DNA of 63,432 nt, counting the filler, from a bacterium (GTDB taxonomy: Bacteria; JADJOY01): the NCBI GenBank assembly GCA_046331705.1. It is 3 parts of 3 records of this genome, joined end to end, with 100 filler letters (N's around TTAATTAATTAA, not from the genome) between each part and the next. Parts side by side here need not be neighbours in the genome. Positions count along the whole stretch, not along the records: positions 47,294 to 63,432 come from JAXLQJ010000096.1; 2 more parts are not named here. One strand, given 5' to 3'. The position numbers and the translations under genes were made by a program. Shown here piece after piece: positions 57,373 to 63,432 of this stretch. Every line of letters begins with the position of its first letter. Positions within the stretch are counted from its first letter, which is position 1. Under the pieces are notes generated by a model. That model did not search any database. It saw only the letters and a list, made by a program, of their open reading frames with translations, and had not been told where the DNA came from.

Positions 57373-57948
57373 GTGTTGCCGTCCGTCGCCTCGCTGGTCA
57401 CCGCGGTGGAGAACCGCGAGCCGCGTGCCGTGGAGGCGCTCTTCACGGCGCTCTACCAGGAGCTCCACCGGGTGGCGAACCGGGAGCTGGGACGGCTCGG
57501 CCGGGGTGCCACCATCGGCCCCACCACCGTGCTTCACGAGGCCTACCTGGACATGGCGGGCCGCGACGGAGTCGCCTTTCCCGACCGGCCGCGCTTCCTG
57601 CGTTACGCCTCGCGGGTCATGCGGGGGCTCATCATCGACCACGCGCGTAGCCGTCACGCGCTGAAGCGCGGCGGCGGCATCGAGATCACGTCGTTCGATA
57701 CCGACCTGCACGGCGCCGAGATCGACTCCCGCGAGGCGGAGCGTCTGGCCTCGATCGGCGCGGCCCTCGACCAGCTCGGCGAGTCCGACCCCGCGCTCGC
57801 GGAGGTGGTCGATCTCAAGTTCTTCTGCGGCTTCTCGTTCGTGGAGATCGCCGAGGCCCAGGGCGTCGCCGAGCGCACGGTGCAACGCCGCTGGGAGAAG
57901 GCGCGACTCTTCCTGCACCGCACCCTCGGTGCCGCTGCCGTCGAGTGA
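57373..57948 (+). CDS. ECF sigma factor of the kinase-associated type (ECF43/TIGR02999-like)
   Basis: LYQELHRVA, PTTVLHEAYL, MRGLIIDHAR..KRGGG, VDLKFFCG..EIAE..ERTVQRRW; start uncertain (57310 or 57373). Confidence 0.92.
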   Translation: MLPSVASLVTAVENREPRAVEALFTALYQELHRVANRELGRLGRGATIGPTTVLHEAYLDMAGRDGVAFPDRPRFLRYASRVMRGLIIDHARSRHALKRGGGIEITSFDTDLHGAEIDSREAERLASIGAALDQLGESDPALAEVVDLKFFCGFSFVEIAEAQGVAERTVQRRWEKARLFLHRTLGAAAVE

Positions 57949-60721
57949 CGCCGTCGTGGCGGAGCTCGATCCCGGGTGGTGGGCCATCGCGAGCCCATTG
58001 CTCGACGAGGTCCTCGAGCTCGCGGAGGCCGAACGGGCTCGCTGGCTCGCGGGCTTGCGCGAGCGCGACCCCGCCACGGCGGAACTCGTCGAGAGCTTGC
58101 TGGCCGAGCAGCGCGCCATCGACGCCGAGGGCTTCCTCGAGTCCCAGCCGATTCAACTGCCCGCATCGCCACCGGTGCACGCGCCGACCGCGGGCCAGAT
58201 CGTCGGCACCTACACGCTGGTGGAGCCACTCGGCCAGGGCGGCATGGGCGTGGTGTGGCTCGCGAGCCGGAACGACGGGCGTTTCGAGCGACACGCCGCC
58301 GTCAAGCTGCTGAACGTCGCGCGCGTCGGACGTGGCGCCGAGGAACGGTTTCGGCGCGAGGGTGCGCTGCTGGCGCGGCTCACGCATCCGCACATCGCCG
58401 GGCTCGTCGATGCCGGAGTCACCGCCAGCGGTCAGCCCTACCTGGTTCTCGAGCACGTGCGCGGCGAGCCCATCGACCGCTTCGCCGACGCACGCATGCT
58501 CGACCTCACGGCGCGCCTTCAGCTCTTCCTCGACGTGCTCGCCGCGGTCTCCCACGCGCACGCGAACCTGATCGTGCACCGCGACATCAAGCCGTCGAAC
58601 GTGATGGTGCGGGACGACGGCGAGGTGAAGCTCCTCGACTTCGGGATCGCCAAGCTGCTCGACGAGTCCTCGGGCGAGAACGGTGTCACCCACCTCACCC
58701 GCGACTGGGGCGCCGCGCTGACGCCCGGCTACGCCGCGCCCGAGCAGCTCGTCGACCAGCCCGTCACGACGGTGACCGACGTCTACGCGCTCGGCGTCTT
58801 GCTCTACGTGCTGCTCACCGGGCGGCACCCGCTGCGGGAGATCGCGGCGACGCCCGCGGATCACTTGCGCGCGGTGGTCGAGGTGGAGTTCCCGCCGCCG
58901 TCGGCGGTGGTGATCGGCACGGACGCGGACGCGGCGACCGCCGCCGAAGCCGCCGCGCGCCGCGGCACCACGCCCACCAGGCTGATGCGTTCGCTGCGGG
59001 GCGATCTCGACACCATCGTCGCCAAAGCCCTCAAGAAGGACCCGCGCGAGCGCTACGGCTCGGTCGAGGCTTTCGCCGACGACCTGCGTCATTACCTTGC
59101 GGACGAGCCGATCACGGCGCGCCCGGACACCTTCGCCTACCGCGCCGTGAAGCTGGCGCGCCGCAACCCGGTGGCGGTGGCGTTGGCCACGCTGGCGATC
59201 ACCGCCACCCTCGTGGGAGCGCTGAGCACCGCGTTCCAAGCGCGCCGCGCCAACGCGCAGCGCGACTTTGCGCTGCGCCAGCTCTGGCGCGCGGAGGCGA
59301 TCAACGACCTCGACGTGTTCCTGCTCTCCGACGCCGCTCCCTCGGGCAAGCCCTTCACCGTGAGCGAGCTGCTGGCGGATGCGGGGCGAATCACCGAACG
59401 CCAGCACGGCGACGACGCCGTCGGACACGTCGAGCTCCTGCTTTCGATCGGAGATCAGTACGCGACCCTCGACGAGGACGCCGAGGCGCGCCGGCTCCTC
59501 GAGCAGGCCTATTCGTTGTCGCGGCCGATCCACGAGCCTGCGACCCGGGCGCGTGCCGCGTGCGCGCTCGCGAAGAGCCTCGCGCGCGCGGGCGAGCACG
59601 ATCGCGCCGAGACGCTCATCGCCGAGGGTCTCGCCGACCTGCCCCAGGAGGTCGCGTTCGTGCTCGCGCGTGTGAGCTGTCTGCGCAACGCCAGCTCGGT
59701 CGCAGGGCACCGCAACGCGGTCCAGGAAGCCATCGAGCGCACCCACGAAGCACAGCGAGTGCTCGCGTCGGCGCCGCTTCGCTCCGAGCTCATGGAGCTG
59801 CGCCTCTACATGGACCTGGCGGAGCACCTGCGCGGCGCCGGCCGTAACCGCGAGGCGTGCGCCGCATTCGAGCAAGCCGCGCAACGGCTCGCCTCCCTCG
59901 GGCGCGACGACACCCAAACTGCCGGCACGCTCTACAACAACTGGGGCATGGCACTCTACGGCCTCGGACACCCGGCCGAGGCGGAGCCCATCCTGCGCCG
60001 CGCGATCACGCTCTCGAGCAGCGATGCGAACGAGGAGAGCGTGTCGCCGATGCTGCTCCTCAACTACGGTTGGGTGTTACGCGACCTGGCGCGGACAGCC
60101 GAGGCGGCGGGATACGCCGAGCGAGCGCTCGCGCGGGCGCGCCGCGCCGGCGATCAGGTGGTGATCTACCAGGCGCTGACCGTGCGGGGCGCGATCCTCG
60201 ACGAGCTGCACCAGCCCGACCAGGCGGAAGCCGTGCTTGCCGAGCTGGAGCCGATCCTGGCGCGCGAGGTTCCCGCCCATCACCCGAGCCACGCGTCGGT
60301 CCGGCTCGAGCGCTCGTACATCGCCGAGGCGCGCGGGAATCTGGAGGAAGCGAGCGCCCACGTCGAGGCCGCCCGAGCGATACTCGAAGCGTCGATCGCG
60401 GAGGGCGGAGCAGGCACCCAGTTCATCCCGACGATCCTGGTGCGCCGCGCGGATCTCGCACTCGAGCGAGGGCGGCCTGGCGACGCGGCGGCCGACGCAC
60501 GTCGGGCGGTCGATGCAGTCGCGTCCGAGCTCGGTCCGGATGGCTTCAGCCGCCACCTCGGGTCGGCATACCTGACCCTGGCGCGCGCACTCGACAAGCA
60601 GGGGGAACACCGCGAAGCACGCGCGGCTGCCCAGAACGCCGCGACCCAGCTCGAGAAATCGCTCGGCGCCGACCATCCCCAGACGCGCGCCGCCCGTGAG
60701 CTGCTCGGCAAATCCGCGTAG
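57929..60721 (+). CDS. Membrane Ser/Thr kinase with C-terminal TPR repeats
   Basis: GQGGMGVV, AVK, HRDIKPSN, DFG, TPGYAAPE, LRGDLDTI, TM helix, TPR-like C-terminus. Confidence 0.95.
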   Translation: MPLPSSDAVVAELDPGWWAIASPLLDEVLELAEAERARWLAGLRERDPATAELVESLLAEQRAIDAEGFLESQPIQLPASPPVHAPTAGQIVGTYTLVEPLGQGGMGVVWLASRNDGRFERHAAVKLLNVARVGRGAEERFRREGALLARLTHPHIAGLVDAGVTASGQPYLVLEHVRGEPIDRFADARMLDLTARLQLFLDVLAAVSHAHANLIVHRDIKPSNVMVRDDGEVKLLDFGIAKLLDESSGENGVTHLTRDWGAALTPGYAAPEQLVDQPVTTVTDVYALGVLLYVLLTGRHPLREIAATPADHLRAVVEVEFPPPSAVVIGTDADAATAAEAAARRGTTPTRLMRSLRGDLDTIVAKALKKDPRERYGSVEAFADDLRHYLADEPITARPDTFAYRAVKLARRNPVAVALATLAITATLVGALSTAFQARRANAQRDFALRQLWRAEAINDLDVFLLSDAAPSGKPFTVSELLADAGRITERQHGDDAVGHVELLLSIGDQYATLDEDAEARRLLEQAYSLSRPIHEPATRARAACALAKSLARAGEHDRAETLIAEGLADLPQEVAFVLARVSCLRNASSVAGHRNAVQEAIERTHEAQRVLASAPLRSELMELRLYMDLAEHLRGAGRNREACAAFEQAAQRLASLGRDDTQTAGTLYNNWGMALYGLGHPAEAEPILRRAITLSSSDANEESVSPMLLLNYGWVLRDLARTAEAAGYAERALARARRAGDQVVIYQALTVRGAILDELHQPDQAEAVLAELEPILAREVPAHHPSHASVRLERSYIAEARGNLEEASAHVEAARAILEASIAEGGAGTQFIPTILVRRADLALERGRPGDAAADARRAVDAVASELGPDGFSRHLGSAYLTLARALDKQGEHREARAAAQNAATQLEKSLGADHPQTRAARELLGKSA

Positions 60722-61046
60722 GCACGCTCGGAACCGCCACCGGCGATTGGCGCGCAGGTCACGACCCGGCCCTGCACTCCAACTCACTCCACGACGCGTC
60801 GTGCTCGAGCGCAAGCCCCGCGCGCAAGGGGCGCACGATCGCGGGCGAGAATCGCGCGCTGCAAGCACTTCCCGCACGGCAAGCCGCGTCCGCGCCGGCC
60901 CGGCGTCGCGGCGCGATGCCGCATTGTTAAGATGACTGCACGACCGTCACGCGACCGCAGGCACGAGGATTGCCTCGGTGAAGCGCTGCCGAACCGCGGC
61001 ACGAGACGGCGACAGGCCTGCGGAATCGCGTGATTGGAGACGAACG

Positions 61047-62573
61047 ATGAGCGGTCGATGGATCTCCAAGTGCTTGGTCTGGCTCAGCGGGCTCGGCGCA
61101 ATGGCTAGTTCGATCGTGGCAGTCGCTGCACGGGCCGAGATCGTACAGGTTGGCCCACAGGTGCAGATCGCGGACGTCGGCAGCTTGGGGTACGCAGCGC
61201 CGCAGAGCTTGGCGGTCCGCGAGGATGGACGGTTCGTGGTCGGTTGGAACGTCAGCGCCGACCTGTTTCCTCGCATCCGCGTCTTCGATCCGGATGCCAG
61301 TCCACGGAGTGCCGAGATCACCTTGCCCCAGCGCGGTTTGCTCGGCGCCGTCGCCTTCACGTCTCCCGATCGATTCTTGGTGACGTGGCCGGGCACCGAC
61401 CGCGCCGTCATCTTTCTCGAAGCCTTCACCGCCGACGGCGTGCCGCTCGGTCCGCCGATGGAGTTCGCCGAGACCCTGGCGGGCGTCGACTACGTGACGG
61501 CGACGGACCTCGAGCCCACGGGAGACGGGGGCACGGTCCTGGTGTTTGCCGGCGTGAGCACCGCGAATGGTTCCTACGTCAGCACCATCCAGAGCGTGCT
61601 GGTCGACGCCAGCGGTGAACCCATCGGTGGCCCCAACGTCGTGGCGCAAAGCCTCCTCGGCGACCAGCGGGTCACCGACGCTCCCCAGATCGCACGCGCC
61701 TCCGACGGGTTCCTCGTCACGTGGCAGGTCGAAGACCAAACCCCGACGAACCTCCCGCCGCAGGCGTGGGCGCGGCCCCTCGGGATGGACGGCAAGCCCC
61801 GCGGGCTCGGGTTGCTCGTGGACCTCACCGGCTACGCGCCGCGCCTGGCGCCACTGCCGGACGACGAGTTCATGATCGCGTACGAGCGGTGGAACAACCC
61901 GGGGGTGTTCCTGAATCGCCTCAACGCGAGTGGCCTCGTCCAGGGACTGCCCTCCCAGCTCGGCACGAGCGCGGCGTCGGCCCCGCTGCTGGCGTCCAAC
62001 GCGAAGGCTGTCGTAGCAGCGTGGGAGTCGTTCTCAGACGCTGGAGGATCGGTCGTCGCGCGGGACCTCGACATCGCGGGCACGCCATCCGGGGCCGAGG
62101 TCAGGTTCAACGATTCGGGTGATCCCGTGGCGTACTCCCATGCGATCGGGCTCACCTCCGCGGGGCGGATCGTCGCCGCCTGGACGTCACGGGCGAGCAC
62201 CCCTTCGGGTGACGCGTACTCGATCCAGGTGCAGCTGGCCCGAGTCCTATGCACCGACGCCGATGCCGATGGCTACGCAACCGAGGGCGGGTCGTGTGGA
62301 CCGGTGGACTGCAACGATCACGATCTGGCCGTGAATCCGGGAACCACCGAGATTCCGGGCGACGGCATCGACAACGACTGCAACACAGCCACACCCGGCG
62401 GTTGCTCGTCGCAGCTGGCGACGGCTTCTACGGAACGCAGCCCGTACGAAAGCGGAGGTCCTCGCGCGGATCTCCTGGCCCTGGCGCTCGCGCTGTTCGG
62501 AATGCGCACGCTGACGACGACGGCGCGACGTCGACTCCTCCGCGCGAGAGTCACGCGAGGCTGCTCGCGCTGA
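61047..62573 (+). CDS. Secreted beta-rich protein with MopE-related metal-binding motif and C-terminal anchor
   Basis: Signal peptide; DADADGY..DCNDHDLAVNPGTTEIPGDGIDNDCN; GGC, TM helix, RRR tail. Confidence 0.8.
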   Translation: MSGRWISKCLVWLSGLGAMASSIVAVAARAEIVQVGPQVQIADVGSLGYAAPQSLAVREDGRFVVGWNVSADLFPRIRVFDPDASPRSAEITLPQRGLLGAVAFTSPDRFLVTWPGTDRAVIFLEAFTADGVPLGPPMEFAETLAGVDYVTATDLEPTGDGGTVLVFAGVSTANGSYVSTIQSVLVDASGEPIGGPNVVAQSLLGDQRVTDAPQIARASDGFLVTWQVEDQTPTNLPPQAWARPLGMDGKPRGLGLLVDLTGYAPRLAPLPDDEFMIAYERWNNPGVFLNRLNASGLVQGLPSQLGTSAASAPLLASNAKAVVAAWESFSDAGGSVVARDLDIAGTPSGAEVRFNDSGDPVAYSHAIGLTSAGRIVAAWTSRASTPSGDAYSIQVQLARVLCTDADADGYATEGGSCGPVDCNDHDLAVNPGTTEIPGDGIDNDCNTATPGGCSSQLATASTERSPYESGGPRADLLALALALFGMRTLTTTARRRLLRARVTRGCSR

Positions 62574-62783
62574 GCGAGCCGGCAGAGCGCTCGGCGATCG
62601 GCTCGAGCGGCGGATGACGTCTACCGTGTCGTGGCGCTCGCCTGTACGCGTTCACGCTTCGTAGCGCAGCGCCTCCACCAGGAGCGCGAACGCCGGCGAG
62701 TGCTGTCGGCGGCTCGGATAGTCGTCGCAGAAGCGCCGTGCGCGAGCACCAGCTCGCGGAGCGGACTCCACGCATCGCGCGGG

Positions 62784-63260
62784 CTATTTGCCGGTGCTCC
62801 AGGCCCAGCCGGTCATCGTCCAACCGGAGACGCCCTTCTGCATCGCGATGGTGAGCGTGGCGCCCGTCTGCTCGGTCGACTTGCCTTTCTCCTTGTACGT
62901 GTAGCTCGCGGGAACGACGAGGTATCCGCGGTCGCCGGTGGCAGTCGTGTGCAACGGCTTGCCCAGCGACACGATCGCGTCGGTGATCCCGTTTTCCTTG
63001 GCATTGGCGTCGAAGTCGTCCATCCACTTCGCGCAGGCACCGGCGCCGTGCCACTCGTGTGGCGGAAACTCGTCGATGATCGATGTCGTTTCGGCGCAGC
63101 CCGCTTTCGCGGCTGCCGCTTCGCCTTTGTTGAAGGATTCGACCCACTTCTTCACGGGCGCAACCAGCTCGGCTTCCGTGGCAGCCGCGTCGCCAGCAAA
63201 GGCGGGGCGAGTCCCCGCGAGGGAAAGGAGCAACGCGCTCGCCAGCAACGTTCGATTCAT
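62784..63260 (-). CDS. Secreted NTF2/SnoaL-like protein
   Basis: GGAGG RBS; signal peptide; FNKG, IIDEFPPHEWHG, W..WAWS. Confidence 0.8.
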   Translation of the reverse strand: MNRTLLASALLLSLAGTRPAFAGDAAATEAELVAPVKKWVESFNKGEAAAAKAGCAETTSIIDEFPPHEWHGAGACAKWMDDFDANAKENGITDAIVSLGKPLHTTATGDRGYLVVPASYTYKEKGKSTEQTGATLTIAMQKGVSGWTMTGWAWSTGK

Positions 63261-63432
63261 CGAATCCTCCACGGAAACGGGTTGGACGATCTCGATAGCA
63301 CGAGCGCCGACGCTGCCGGGAGGAGAATCATCGCAGGGCGCTGGTTCACCTCGGCCGAGATGCAGCGGTCGCGTCGCGCGGGTTCCGCACCACGACTGGA
63401 TCACTGCCCGTGACAGGATCCGCAGGCGTCGC

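Overview
Very GC-rich bacterial DNA; the gene content looks like a soil or sediment MAG (Myxococcota, Binatota or Acidobacteriota style, not determinable here). Three contigs are joined by artificial N44-TTAATTAATTAA-N44 linkers at 24160-24259 and 47194-47293. There are about 50 real CDS, and most long ORFs in the track are GC-rich shadow frames. Contig 1: GMC oxidoreductase, histidine kinase, a secreted vWA/transglutaminase-like operon, a CsgG-led operon and catabolic enzymes. Contig 2: leuA with a leucine attenuator, HEAT protein and Ser/Thr kinase, sulfatases, a HEAT-PilT/PilT pair and WS/DGAT. It also holds the top finding: a translationally coupled operon (32948->29229, minus strand) encoding an RRE-radical SAM/SPASM maturase, a ~600-aa Tat-signal protein with 46 consecutive Cys-X2/3-acid motifs (candidate giant ranthipeptide-type thioether-stapled secreted protein) and a CxxCxxCC protein. 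Contig 3: fucosylation genes and a candidate ECF-sigma/Ser-Thr-kinase regulon of small secreted Cys-rich proteins plus an outer-membrane barrel, with a shared TGTCG-N18-CGATT promoter-like motif. Three apparent 1-nt indels may be assembly errors. No rRNA, tRNA, CRISPR or transposase was recognised.
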